64,000 nt of DNA, taken from the IMG/VR virus record IMGVR_UViG_3300026094_000002; one strand, 5' to 3'. Origin of the DNA: a virus (taxonomy: Duplodnaviria > Caudoviricetes). A program made the position numbers and the translations under genes. Below the pieces are notes generated by a model. The model was not told the origin of the DNA. It did no database searches and was given only the letters and a program-made list of their open reading frames with translations. Below, in pieces: positions 16,867-26,823 of this stretch. Numbering within the stretch: the first letter of the stretch is position 1; each line of letters opens with the position of its first letter.

Positions 16867-17934
16867 TTATTGGGCATTAGAAATACTAGGCTTCCATTTG
16901 AGCCACGCACTACTATTCCCACAAAAATATGGAGCGTTTAGATCTTTTATCATAATACCTTCAAATCCATCATTGACTGATGAGCGAGCGTACCGATGCA
17001 TAATATTATGCCCTTCAGATGTTGATAAATCTACTTCAATACCATTGAGACCACGAATAAAAGGAGTTCGTTGATGTAATTTTTTAGTTATATTCTGGAT
17101 AATTTCGTGTCGGTAATGCTGCTGTATTTCACAACTGCCATCTATAAAATCACTAAGTGGAATAACGTCAAATATGTAAAAAACGGCGTCATCAAGCATT
17201 TCATCTTTTGTTATGATCTCGCCATCAATGACATACCGAGTACCAAGATTTGCTTGGCTGTCAAAAATATCAATATTTTCAAGTATCAGTTTTTCAAGAT
17301 GTTTAAAGTTTTTTAGTACTTTGCCAGTTCTACTATGCATAACAACTGAACTGGCTGTTATAACTGCTAATGCTCTTGAACCATCTAACTTTGGTTCTAT
17401 CCATTTTCTTCCAGAAAGTTGTCGTGGGTGATTTTCACTATCTTGAGAATGTTGGCAATCAAATACAGGAATTTTCCATTCGGTTGAACCCAAAACATTA
17501 TTAAGTGTTTTTGTTGAAATTCCGCAGCGTAAATCTTTTAAGATAACAGGTCGTGCAACTAAGTTCCATTCATCTGAATCAAACCGAGAACTCATTCTTT
17601 CAATGGACCGTTCTGCTTTGTATCCAGATACTTTTGTTGTTCGCAAATCTTCTATCAATCCCCAAAACTCAATCCACGGATTTTCCTTGTCAGACAAGTC
17701 TTGTGTTTCTGGGACAGATTTTGTGTGATAAACAAAAAATGGATTATATGCCAAATAACAATTGTAAAGAAAACATTGTGCACTGCTACTCCCAAGTCTT
17801 GATGCAATTAATGCCCGTTCAATAACTCGTTCTTTTTGTTTTCTGCTATTTGAACTATTGAGATCGTAAATCCAGTCTGCAGCCACTCTTAACCCTTCAA
17901 AAACCTTAGAACCTAAACTGGTTATTTGAATCAT
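16867..17934 (-). CDS. ATP-dependent DNA ligase lacking the C-terminal OB domain (possibly degenerate)
   Basis: KDLRCG, EPKLDG, DGEI, FDVI, EGIMIK and WLKWKP, followed by a stop 6 residues later. Confidence 0.8.
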   Translation of the reverse strand: MIQITSLGSKVFEGLRVAADWIYDLNSSNSRKQKERVIERALIASRLGSSSAQCFLYNCYLAYNPFFVYHTKSVPETQDLSDKENPWIEFWGLIEDLRTTKVSGYKAERSIERMSSRFDSDEWNLVARPVILKDLRCGISTKTLNNVLGSTEWKIPVFDCQHSQDSENHPRQLSGRKWIEPKLDGSRALAVITASSVVMHSRTGKVLKNFKHLEKLILENIDIFDSQANLGTRYVIDGEIITKDEMLDDAVFYIFDVIPLSDFIDGSCEIQQHYRHEIIQNITKKLHQRTPFIRGLNGIEVDLSTSEGHNIMHRYARSSVNDGFEGIMIKDLNAPYFCGNSSAWLKWKPSISNAQ

Positions 17935-17940
17935 CCCGCT

Positions 17941-17969
17941 ATTATACAAGTATTATGTTAAAATGTCAA
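17941..17969 (-). promoter_or_regulatory. Consensus sigma70 promoter TTGACA-17-TATAAT, 6 nt before the ligase ATG
   Basis: -35 at 17964-17969, -10 at 17941-17946. Confidence 0.9.
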
Positions 17970-17972
17970 TGT

Positions 17973-20054
17973 CTATGTAAGACGGTCTCTGGATTCATCA
18001 ACTGAATATTTTGATGTTTCAAACTTAATACTGTCACCTTCTGGAGGAGAATTAATAGATCTGGTTGAAATCCCGATAGATTCAAGGCGATCAATATTGC
18101 GTCCTTCTCGTAATGCAGAAATTAATGCTTGACCACCCTCTGTACTTCGGTCAGCAATTCCTTCTAAAAGTTGTCCTGCACCACCAACTGTAATGTCTAA
18201 TGCTCTTTGAGGCAATTGCTGAGCAAATCTTAGGGAATCTTCTCGGGAGTGTGGTAGATCATAGAAATTTGGTTCTATTAACCTGTCTCTGTTGAGTTTT
18301 TCTCTGGCACGGTGAATCTGCCAACGTTTGGTGTTTTCAATAATGGTGTTTGCGGTTTCTGGATTATTATTAACAATGGCTTTTGTTGCTGCTACTAACT
18401 CTGGATAAATGCCATTGAACCAAGCTGAATTAAATGCTTCTCCAAAAGTATCTTTTACGTACTCTCCCTCTCCTTTTACTCCTGATGGTATTGTTATTGT
18501 AACTGAAATAATTTCTGGCTCTTGTCCGCCTGTAGTCTGGACAGTTGTATATTCGTTATTTAAAACATGTTCAATAACTTGAAAAAACCCAATGCTTGGA
18601 TCTTCGGGTCCACCTTTTTTAGTAAATGGCAAAAACACCCCCGCAGATTCTAATTCTAAGAACAATTCTCTATTTTGCTGTATTGGAGCAACGATATTAT
18701 ATCCTGAAGCAATACCAATTAAATCGGTTAGCAATAGTCTTCCTCTAGGACCTGTGCCCAAATCAATAGGACTGCTCTCATCAAACCATATATCTTGAAT
18801 ATTATCCTCTACAAGTTCTGGTTGGTCTTGGATAGAATCAATGTCTTTTAAAGTTTCAACATCTTGTAATACTTTTGCGAAATCATCAACTGGGACAGAA
18901 AAGATATTCGTTATTTGCCCCAAACTTCTTGATAATGCTGCATTTGCCGCTGCAATTTCTGGTGGCATAACGCTTCTTAGCGACCCACCTAATCTGGTAA
19001 ATTCTTGAGATAAGCCACCCGAATTGTCAGAGTAAATTGGTTTAAATTCTACAGTAGAACCAAAAACAGGTGATTTTAATGTAAAATAACTTTTAGGGAA
19101 TATTTTTCTTGGATCCAATAAATCTGCTACTGTTTCTATTCCTTCTGTTCTTATTTGTAAAACCTTTTTAACACTATCTAAATCATTCCCACCAATTTCA
19201 GTCAGTGCATTATATAATGCTTTTAATATAACAGGAGGCGTTGAACCCCGACGTTCAAGTATTGTTCTTACATCAATATTTTTTTCTTCTAATTTACCAA
19301 CAATAATAGACAAGGCACTGGTTTGTGATAATCTACCAATCAATTGTCCGGGGTTGCCAAGTTGTGAAAGTTCAGAAAAATCAAGAAGTCTTCCTATTTT
19401 TTCAAGATCTTCACCAAATGCGGTTGTTGCTAAAGTTACACCAGAGATTCCTGATGTAATCCAATTGTTCATGTCTGTAAATGTAGGTTCTGCACCTTCA
19501 AGTGCTGTTACAGAATCAGTAAATTGATTGTTTTGTCTTGCATATGATTCTGACAATGCGATTGCTGCAGAAAATCTTTCAACATTTCCTGTTATAGAAT
19601 TTATGTTGTTTTCTGAAACATCTGCGGAACCAACCAGTGTCTCTGCAATCCAGTCGGGTAACAGTTGTAAAGGGGTGTTGAAATTTTCAGATGTAACAGA
19701 AGGACCTAAAATATCCCTTGTTGTTTTGTTATAAATTCCCAATATATCAAAAAATACACCATCTTCATTAACTACATTATTCCAAGAATCAATTATTTCT
19801 TGATCAGAAGTGCCGCCTTCAAAATTCTGCAAAAACTCTATTAATCGCTGATACCAATTTTGTGATGATAGTGAGTTTATTTGAAAAACTAAATTATTGA
19901 GACTTAATTCTACTTCAAGTTGAGTTTCTTCATCTAAGACAGTACCAATACCTTGACTACCCCCTGAGCCAAGTGCATTTCCTAAACTACCGGGATCGAC
20001 GAATGCAGCACCCGCTTTAAGAACAGTAGCGTTTACTAACCCTGTCGGAATCAT
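17973..20054 (-). CDS. Large hypothetical protein, probably virion (baseplate region)
   Basis: 693-aa acidic ORF coupled directly to the PAAR gene. Confidence 0.55.
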   Translation of the reverse strand: MIPTGLVNATVLKAGAAFVDPGSLGNALGSGGSQGIGTVLDEETQLEVELSLNNLVFQINSLSSQNWYQRLIEFLQNFEGGTSDQEIIDSWNNVVNEDGVFFDILGIYNKTTRDILGPSVTSENFNTPLQLLPDWIAETLVGSADVSENNINSITGNVERFSAAIALSESYARQNNQFTDSVTALEGAEPTFTDMNNWITSGISGVTLATTAFGEDLEKIGRLLDFSELSQLGNPGQLIGRLSQTSALSIIVGKLEEKNIDVRTILERRGSTPPVILKALYNALTEIGGNDLDSVKKVLQIRTEGIETVADLLDPRKIFPKSYFTLKSPVFGSTVEFKPIYSDNSGGLSQEFTRLGGSLRSVMPPEIAAANAALSRSLGQITNIFSVPVDDFAKVLQDVETLKDIDSIQDQPELVEDNIQDIWFDESSPIDLGTGPRGRLLLTDLIGIASGYNIVAPIQQNRELFLELESAGVFLPFTKKGGPEDPSIGFFQVIEHVLNNEYTTVQTTGGQEPEIISVTITIPSGVKGEGEYVKDTFGEAFNSAWFNGIYPELVAATKAIVNNNPETANTIIENTKRWQIHRAREKLNRDRLIEPNFYDLPHSREDSLRFAQQLPQRALDITVGGAGQLLEGIADRSTEGGQALISALREGRNIDRLESIGISTRSINSPPEGDSIKFETSKYSVDESRDRLT

Positions 20055-20341
20055 TAAGTACCCACCAAGACGTTTGAACTACCAGTTGCACGTGCGTGTC
20101 CGCAACTATCTGTGGCCCCAACATAAACAACAGGACGCCCTTCAGCAAGAACAGTTCCACTTCCTTGAGCAACAACTGCGGCACAATGACTTGGGCTATC
20201 AGGACATGGTGGATGTGCACTTACTCTATCACCAATTAGAGATGTTGGAATACCATTTGTCAACACCGTTGAAGAACCGGGACCTACAACGGATCCTCCT
20301 GCGTTATTGATATCCCCTAGCCTAACTACTGGACTTGTCAT
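20054..20341 (-). CDS. PAAR-domain spike tip protein (gp5.4-like)
   Basis: VVRLGD, IGDRVSAHPPC, EGRPV, DSCGH and GSSNVLVG. Confidence 0.9.
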   Translation of the reverse strand: MTSPVVRLGDINNAGGSVVGPGSSTVLTNGIPTSLIGDRVSAHPPCPDSPSHCAAVVAQGSGTVLAEGRPVVYVGATDSCGHARATGSSNVLVGT

Positions 20342-20507
20342 ATTTTACCGCCTTTGCCGCATCTCCCCATCTTTTTGCAGCCTCTGTCGCTTCATCTTTG
20401 GTTTCATAGGTTTTTACCACTGTTGTATTAAAGTCCATGGTTTCTGTTAATTCTGTCACATAAAGCCATTGATCATCAAAAGGAACTAATATAGCCCATA
20501 AATTCAT
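20322..20507 (-). CDS. Hypothetical protein (61 aa)
   Basis: Co-oriented, overlaps the PAAR start, AAGGA RBS. Confidence 0.55.
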   Translation of the reverse strand: MNLWAILVPFDDQWLYVTELTETMDFNTTVVKTYETKDEATEAAKRWGDAAKAVKYDKSSS

Positions 20508-20530
20508 AAAAATTCCTTTAAGTTAAAAAA

Positions 20531-20830
20531 TTACCCTGTAACGATTTGTTTAGTTTCTGTGCTAATGCCAGTTGTGGCTTCAATCCAATTTGTACGAACA
20601 TCTTCACGGGTTGAACCAATCATTACACAACTACTTTTATTTATTGTGACTGAATTCTCATTATTATTGGTGAATAATCCCGGCATTAATTGTAGTCCTT
20701 GCTGGGATACTACAACCATGATAGGCTGCTCTGCTTCGTATGAGTCATCGGTTTGATCAACAATTTTTGTAACAATTTCTTCACCCGATGCGAGTTTAAT
20801 GGTGTAAATTTCATTTTTTTCTATTTTCAT
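20531..20830 (-). CDS. Sm-like fold hypothetical protein
   Basis: YTIKLASGEEIVTKI pattern and beta-rich body. Confidence 0.55.
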   Translation of the reverse strand: MKIEKNEIYTIKLASGEEIVTKIVDQTDDSYEAEQPIMVVVSQQGLQLMPGLFTNNNENSVTINKSSCVMIGSTREDVRTNWIEATTGISTETKQIVTG

Positions 20831-20877
20831 AATTTTGCCTTTATGTGAACATATGTAGTTATTACATTGCTAAAACA

Positions 20878-21126
20878 TTAAGATTTTAAATGCTGCTTTA
20901 ACTCGGTAAAGCCACCAACATAATGCCCAGCAACAATTATCTGTGGCATCGTAATTTTTTCTTCTGGATTAATATCATGATATTCTGTAAGCCAATCAAC
21001 CATTTGATCTTTAGTATAATCTGTATTGATGTTTCTTTCATCAAATTCAATTTCATTATCTTGAAGAAGTTTCTTAGCCCATTCACAATAAATGCATTGA
21101 TTTTTTGTCCAGATTATTGCACTCAT
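20878..21126 (-). CDS. Glutaredoxin
   Basis: CIYC, TMPQI and VGGFTEL. Confidence 0.9.
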   Translation of the reverse strand: MSAIIWTKNQCIYCEWAKKLLQDNEIEFDERNINTDYTKDQMVDWLTEYHDINPEEKITMPQIIVAGHYVGGFTELKQHLKS

Positions 21127-21704
21127 TTTTTTCTCCGTTGTTTATGTTTAGATTTGAGTAAGGAATCAGAAAGCCGATGTATTATACATGCATCTTCTGG
21201 TATTGGTTCTCCGGGGATTTTTAATAAAACAAAATAATTTGAGGGTAATTCAAAAAGTTTTAATTCTTCTGAAAATTTTTTCCATACAATATTGAATATA
21301 CCATCATCTATTCCACCTTTTGCAATTTCATCACACCATGCATTGACAAATTTCATTGTTCTTTTAGAATAATTAAACCATATTGAACCAACATGAATTC
21401 TATCTACTTGATTTACCGAATGATTTGCTGCGATATCGTAATTCATAATGTCATCACTAAACAGCAAATCAGGTTTAGTAATTATTCCGCCATCAACATC
21501 CATCCAGAATATTGGTTTCTTAAATTTTTCAAGTGTTTCTCTAATAAAAAGAGGTTTTATATTACAATTTTTACGATAGTCATCATATGATTTCTTCTCT
21601 ACAATATGATAATCTAAGCCTAATCTCTCACAATCTAAAGATAATTGAGTGGCATATTCTGGATATTTCCATTCTGGTGTATAGAAAGAAGTTACAATAG
21701 TCAT
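21123..21704 (-). CDS. GT-A-like nucleotide-diphospho-sugar transferase
   Basis: VTSFYT, IKPLFI, FWMDVD (DxD) and IIH. Confidence 0.65.
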   Translation of the reverse strand: MTIVTSFYTPEWKYPEYATQLSLDCERLGLDYHIVEKKSYDDYRKNCNIKPLFIRETLEKFKKPIFWMDVDGGIITKPDLLFSDDIMNYDIAANHSVNQVDRIHVGSIWFNYSKRTMKFVNAWCDEIAKGGIDDGIFNIVWKKFSEELKLFELPSNYFVLLKIPGEPIPEDACIIHRLSDSLLKSKHKQRRKK

Positions 21705-22348
21705 TAAAACACTTTTTCATATCCATACTTTTCAGAAAACTTATTAATTAATTTCTTTACATCCTCTGAAACTTCTGCAAATTGTTCTATCATTTCGTCA
21801 AAATTTTTATGTTTTCTTGTGTTTTCTTTTTTGTCATGTACTGAAAATTTTGCAGAAATGCCATTTTTACTTAAAGATTCAAAAAGTTTTAATTGCTCAT
21901 CTTCTACTCTAAATGTGACATCAGGATTCATTTCTACAACTTTTAAATCATAAAGACACAAACTTAAAATGGCATTTTCTATTGGGTTATCAGAATCAGA
22001 TAATCCAAGAATTTTCTTTCTATAATCAAATGACTTTTCTTTATTATCTTCAGTATAGACTATAGATGGGATGGAATAATAAGGATTCCTAACATTATAA
22101 ATTAAGAAATCAAAATTTGGTCTGCAACCAACTTGTATTGTATAGGGATATGGTCCTTGTTCTTTTATTAACTGCCAAGCGACTATACCATCATCTCCGA
22201 ATCTTTCATGGTCAACATCCAGCCCCCACTTTTTAAGAATTTTACTAGTAAATCTAGTCCCTGTTCTTGGATGTCCGAGTCCCAATATATATTTTTTTCT
22301 TGTTTCCACGCAATTACTTATCTTAGATAAGTCTGCTGGCTTTGGCAT
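21704..22348 (-). CDS. Sulfotransferase-like P-loop protein
   Basis: GHPRTGTRF (PAPS-binding-like loop) and VRNPY. Confidence 0.6.
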   Translation of the reverse strand: MPKPADLSKISNCVETRKKYILGLGHPRTGTRFTSKILKKWGLDVDHERFGDDGIVAWQLIKEQGPYPYTIQVGCRPNFDFLIYNVRNPYYSIPSIVYTEDNKEKSFDYRKKILGLSDSDNPIENAILSLCLYDLKVVEMNPDVTFRVEDEQLKLFESLSKNGISAKFSVHDKKENTRKHKNFDEMIEQFAEVSEDVKKLINKFSEKYGYEKVF

Positions 22349-22351
22349 TAA

Positions 22352-23671
22352 TTAATCTACAATCCCAGCCTTTACTGTTTTTAAAATATAGTGTAGTCCA
22401 GCGGCATATACAATTGCATATACTGATATATAACCAATTAAACTGGTGAGTGCCATTGGTCCTGTTAAAGATGGAGTTAATGCGTCTGCATGTGTAATAA
22501 TTCCATGTATTAACCAAGGTGCTCTACCAATTTCTGTGACAAACCACCCAGCAATAACTGCAACAAACGGGGCTGGAATCATTAATACCAAGAATTTATG
22601 AAATAATTTGTTAGTATATAACTTTCCTGTCATACGCAAACCAAGTGACATCACTGCTGCCAGTGCCATTAATACACCAATTCCAACCATAACTCTGAAT
22701 GACCAGAATACACCAAAAACCCAAGGCTGTTCTTCTTTCGGTGTTTGATCTAACCCGGGAACAATACCGTCGGGGTCATGCTTTAATATGACACTTGCTA
22801 AACTAGGTATCCCAACCTCAAGGTGGTTAGTTTGATTTTCTTGATCTGGAATTGCAAATAGTAAGAGAGGGACATTTCCTGAGGTTTCCCAGTTGCCCTC
22901 CATCGCAGCCAACTTAGGGGGTTGATATTCTAATGTATTCAACCCATGAAAATCACCCACAATAATCTGAGCAGGTGCTGCAAATAAAATTAGCCACATA
23001 CACATTGATAATGCTTTTTTGTGTATTTCAACATCCTTATTTTTCATTATAAACCAAGCACTTACGCCGCCCACGACAAATGCACCAGTCAAGAAACTGG
23101 CAATTCCCATATGTACAAAACGATAAGGAAATGATGGATTAAAAATGGCAGCACTCCAATCAACAACATGAATTGTGTTATTGATTACTTCTATTCCTGC
23201 TGGTGTGTGCATCCAAGAGTTAGCAGCCAAAATCCAGAAAGAAGAAACGAACGTGCCAACAGCAACCATAATTGCTGCAAATAAATGTGTTCCTGCAGGG
23301 ACTTTATCCCTACCAAATAACAACACACCCAAGAACGCAGCCTCTAAGAAGAATGCAGTTATAACCTCATAACTCAGCACTGGTCCAAGAAAATTAGCTG
23401 ACATCTGCGAAAAGTTGCTCCAGTTAGTGCCAAACTGAAATGACATTACTATGCCAGATACAACCCCCATGCCAAATGCAATGGCAAAAACTTTTGTCCA
23501 GAACCCCGCTAATGCATGATACGCTGCGTTACCTGTTTTATAATACAGTCCTTCAAGCAACGCAATAAACGATGCAAGACCGATAGAAAATACCGGAAAT
23601 ACAGCATGAAATGTTACTATGAATGCAAATTGCAATCTTGATAGTGCTAGTGGGTCAGACAAAAAGTCCAT
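22352..23671 (-). CDS. cydA: Cytochrome bd quinol oxidase subunit I (short Q-loop, CioA-like)
   Basis: SRLQFA...FH, YEV..AFFLE, ANSWMHTP, RFVHM, KLAAMEG, FRVMVG and TEIGRAPW. Confidence 0.95.
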   Translation of the reverse strand: MDFLSDPLALSRLQFAFIVTFHAVFPVFSIGLASFIALLEGLYYKTGNAAYHALAGFWTKVFAIAFGMGVVSGIVMSFQFGTNWSNFSQMSANFLGPVLSYEVITAFFLEAAFLGVLLFGRDKVPAGTHLFAAIMVAVGTFVSSFWILAANSWMHTPAGIEVINNTIHVVDWSAAIFNPSFPYRFVHMGIASFLTGAFVVGGVSAWFIMKNKDVEIHKKALSMCMWLILFAAPAQIIVGDFHGLNTLEYQPPKLAAMEGNWETSGNVPLLLFAIPDQENQTNHLEVGIPSLASVILKHDPDGIVPGLDQTPKEEQPWVFGVFWSFRVMVGIGVLMALAAVMSLGLRMTGKLYTNKLFHKFLVLMIPAPFVAVIAGWFVTEIGRAPWLIHGIITHADALTPSLTGPMALTSLIGYISVYAIVYAAGLHYILKTVKAGIVD

Positions 23672-23675
23672 TGGG

Positions 23676-24827
23676 TTATCCCTCTTTGTTGTTTAGGATA
23701 TCTGCAATACGGCTTGCTAATTCTCTAAACCATTGGGCATCATGTCCCTTGGTAGTTTCAGCGGCTGTTCCAATTCGTATACCAGATGTTTCTAAAAAAT
23801 TTCTTGGGTCATTTGGTATGCCATTCTTATTTACCGTGATTCCATTAGATTCTAAGAGATCAGCAGCAGCCTTGCCAGACCATTGTGTTTCTGATAAATC
23901 AAGCAAAATAATATGACTATCAGTGCCATCAGTTAGTGTCTTTATTCCCTTATCCCTAAAAACATCACACATCGCCTTTGCATTTTCAATGACTTTTTTA
24001 CTATAATCTTGAAATGATACATCTAATGCCTCTGAGAAACACTGTGCTTTAGCAGCCACAATATTCATAAGAGGACCACCTTGTGTGCCGGGGAATATGG
24101 CGGAGTTTATTTTTTTACTGTATTCCTCATTGTTCCACAATATCATACCGCCACGGGGACCACGAAGAGTTTTATGTGTAGTTGAAGTCAAAAAATCAGC
24201 GTATGGAACTGGATTTGGATAAGCACCACCAGCAATTAGCCCAGAATAATGAGCCATATCCACTAGCAGATATGCACCCACGTCATCGGCTATCTGTCTA
24301 AACCGCTTCCAGTCAATTTCTCTAGGATATGCAGATGCACCTGCGACTATAATATGTGGATGCACTTCATTAGCAATGCTTTCTATTGCATCATAATCAA
24401 GAAACCCGTTTTCATCTACACCATAAGAATATGATTTATATACTTTTCCTGATATATTAACTTTAGCACCATGAGAAAGATGACCGCCTGATGCCAAATC
24501 CATGCCTAATATTACATCACCGGGTTTTAAGAATGCTTGATATACCGCTGTGTTTGCATTAGCACCCGAATGCGGCTGAACATTGGCAAACTTTGCACCA
24601 TAGAGGTTAGTAACTAAATCAATAGCGAGTGTTTCAATTTCATCCATATGTTCGCAACCATTATAGTAACGAGCACCGGGATATCCCTCAGCATATTTGT
24701 TAGTAAATATTGACCCACAAAGACTTCTAACATCATCTGATGCAAAGTTTTCACTTGCAATTAATTCTATAGTGCTGTCTTGTCTTTTGGTTTCTTTGTT
24801 GAGAATTTGTTCAATATCGTAATTCAT
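23676..24827 (-). CDS. glyA: Serine hydroxymethyltransferase
   Basis: LIASEN, KYAEGYPG, NVQPHSG, GGHLSHG, TTHKTLRGPRGG and SGIRIGT. Confidence 0.95.
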   Translation of the reverse strand: MNYDIEQILNKETKRQDSTIELIASENFASDDVRSLCGSIFTNKYAEGYPGARYYNGCEHMDEIETLAIDLVTNLYGAKFANVQPHSGANANTAVYQAFLKPGDVILGMDLASGGHLSHGAKVNISGKVYKSYSYGVDENGFLDYDAIESIANEVHPHIIVAGASAYPREIDWKRFRQIADDVGAYLLVDMAHYSGLIAGGAYPNPVPYADFLTSTTHKTLRGPRGGMILWNNEEYSKKINSAIFPGTQGGPLMNIVAAKAQCFSEALDVSFQDYSKKVIENAKAMCDVFRDKGIKTLTDGTDSHIILLDLSETQWSGKAAADLLESNGITVNKNGIPNDPRNFLETSGIRIGTAAETTKGHDAQWFRELASRIADILNNKEG

Positions 24828-24841
24828 CAATGGCTCAGTTT

Positions 24842-25093
24842 TTATTCTTTTTGGTCTTCATACCACATAACAACAGCACCATATATATCCGGATGCTTAA
24901 ACAGACACAGCATCTTTGTAGCACCACTGCCGTTTACGTTGCCTATCAATTTTATTAAAGGTTGGTCTTTTGTATAGACTGCACCGTTTCTTGATTCACA
25001 GAATAATTCTCTAATTGCTGCCTTAATTTGGTCCCCCTCAGAAAGGGGGCGTTCTTGTGCTACTTCAGTAATATATGCCATATTATGCCTCAC
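24842..25093 (-). CDS. Hypothetical protein (83 aa)
   Basis: Co-oriented ORF between nrdA and glyA. Confidence 0.55.
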   Translation of the reverse strand: MRHNMAYITEVAQERPLSEGDQIKAAIRELFCESRNGAVYTKDQPLIKLIGNVNGSGATKMLCLFKHPDIYGAVVMWYEDQKE

Positions 25094-26762
25094 ATGCAGA
25101 ACAATTCATTATATCACGAACTAACTCTAATGATGGGTTAGAACTACGCTGGTAATAGAAAGTCTTGACTCCCATTCTCCAGCCTTCAATAACCAACTGA
25201 TTGACATCCTTGGCTGGTGCTTCTGGCGGAATCATCAAGTTAAGGCTTTGACTCTGGTCAATATGCTGCTGTCTTGCTGCTGCTTGTTGAACGATTGTGA
25301 TTGGAGTAATTTCGTCAAAAGTCTTAAACACCTCTTTCTCAGTTTCTCCAAGAAAATCAAGATGTTGCACTGACCCATTGTTTGTCAAAATTGACATCCA
25401 TGTTTCATCATCGTTCTTTTCATATGATTCAAGTACGCGAGCAAGGTACGGGTTCTTAAAAGTAAATTGTCCCTTTGCCAAATCTTTTGTGAAATAATTT
25501 GAACGCAGTGGCTCAATGGAAGGTGATACCTGACCAAGAATAAAACTTGAACTTGTTGTAGGTGCAATTGCACATCTTGTCAAGTTACGCTCACCATATC
25601 CAATAAGACCATCTGGCTCACCATAACGATCTGCCATTTCTTTTGATGCCTTAAGGCTTTCTTCATCAATATGCTTTGAAATCTCTGTTGCAAGATTGAT
25701 AGCGTTAAATGATTCAAATGGAATCATCTTATATTGAAGGTATGTGTGCCATCCAAGTTGGCCAATGCCAATTGCTCTCCATCTCTTAGCAAAATTATGA
25801 GGGGCTTGCATAAAATCAATATCTGCAGTTTTTTCAATATAATCTGTCATGACAGCATCAAGGAAATAGGTTAGAACTTTGACAGCATCCGTGTCTTTCC
25901 ACTCGTCATAGGTATGAAGATTCATAGATGCCAAGTTACATACAAATGATTCCTCGCTGTTAGAAGGTAAGCAGATTTCTGAGCAGAGGTTTGATGCATA
26001 TACTGGTAGGTTCCGATCTTTTAGAACCTTGGGTTTGTTATTATTAACATTATCAGTAAAGAAAAGATAAGGGTAGCCTGACTCGCGACGCTTACGCATA
26101 ACACGTGCCCATAGTTGAAGTTTTTTAGCATCAGTTGAGGCCATTTCTTTTGCTTTAACTGCTTCGCCCTCTGCTATCATGCTTTCCATCCATTCGTCTG
26201 AAATGCAAATGCCAATTGACATATTTTGAATAGCATGACCAACTTCACGAATTTCTAAAAATTCTTCAACATCAGGGTGTTCAATATCCAAATAAGCAGC
26301 AAAAGAACCACGTCGGACATTGCCCTGACTAATAACATCAGTGACGGTTTCAAAAATATTCATAAAATGAACAGGCCCATCAGCAGTACCGCCTGTTTTT
26401 ATTTTTGATCCACGTGGGCGTATGTCACCAAAATAACCGCTAGTACCGGCTCCGTGCTTGGTTTGCATTGCAACTTCACTGGCTTTATCCATTACTTTAG
26501 AAATTTCATCACCAACATATGCCCCATTACAAGAAATAGGAAGTCCCTTGTTGTTTCCAAAATTAGACCACACAGGGGATGACAGGCTATAAAATCCACG
26601 TCCCATATAATCGTAAAATTTATCTGCAAATCCTTCTACATCAAGAAATTTCTCAGCAGTGTCTGCAATTTCTCTAATACGATCTTCTGCCGATTGTCCT
26701 TTCGACAGATATCCACGAGACAAAAATGTCCGTGCATCTTTGTTTAACCAGTCAAACCCCAT
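25083..26762 (-). CDS. nrdA: Class Ia ribonucleotide reductase alpha subunit (short, no ATP cone)
   Basis: GLPISC, RRGS, SNLCSEI, AIAPT, QSLNL, TFYY and C-terminal CSAC. AAGGAG RBS at MGFDW. Confidence 0.95.
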   Translation of the reverse strand: MGFDWLNKDARTFLSRGYLSKGQSAEDRIREIADTAEKFLDVEGFADKFYDYMGRGFYSLSSPVWSNFGNNKGLPISCNGAYVGDEISKVMDKASEVAMQTKHGAGTSGYFGDIRPRGSKIKTGGTADGPVHFMNIFETVTDVISQGNVRRGSFAAYLDIEHPDVEEFLEIREVGHAIQNMSIGICISDEWMESMIAEGEAVKAKEMASTDAKKLQLWARVMRKRRESGYPYLFFTDNVNNNKPKVLKDRNLPVYASNLCSEICLPSNSEESFVCNLASMNLHTYDEWKDTDAVKVLTYFLDAVMTDYIEKTADIDFMQAPHNFAKRWRAIGIGQLGWHTYLQYKMIPFESFNAINLATEISKHIDEESLKASKEMADRYGEPDGLIGYGERNLTRCAIAPTTSSSFILGQVSPSIEPLRSNYFTKDLAKGQFTFKNPYLARVLESYEKNDDETWMSILTNNGSVQHLDFLGETEKEVFKTFDEITPITIVQQAAARQQHIDQSQSLNLMIPPEAPAKDVNQLVIEGWRMGVKTFYYQRSSNPSLELVRDIMNCSACEA

Positions 26763-26823
26763 GTGTATCTCCTTTGTTTTATTATAGTCAAAATAGTTCA
26801 TTCTTTTATATTATGCGTTCCAA

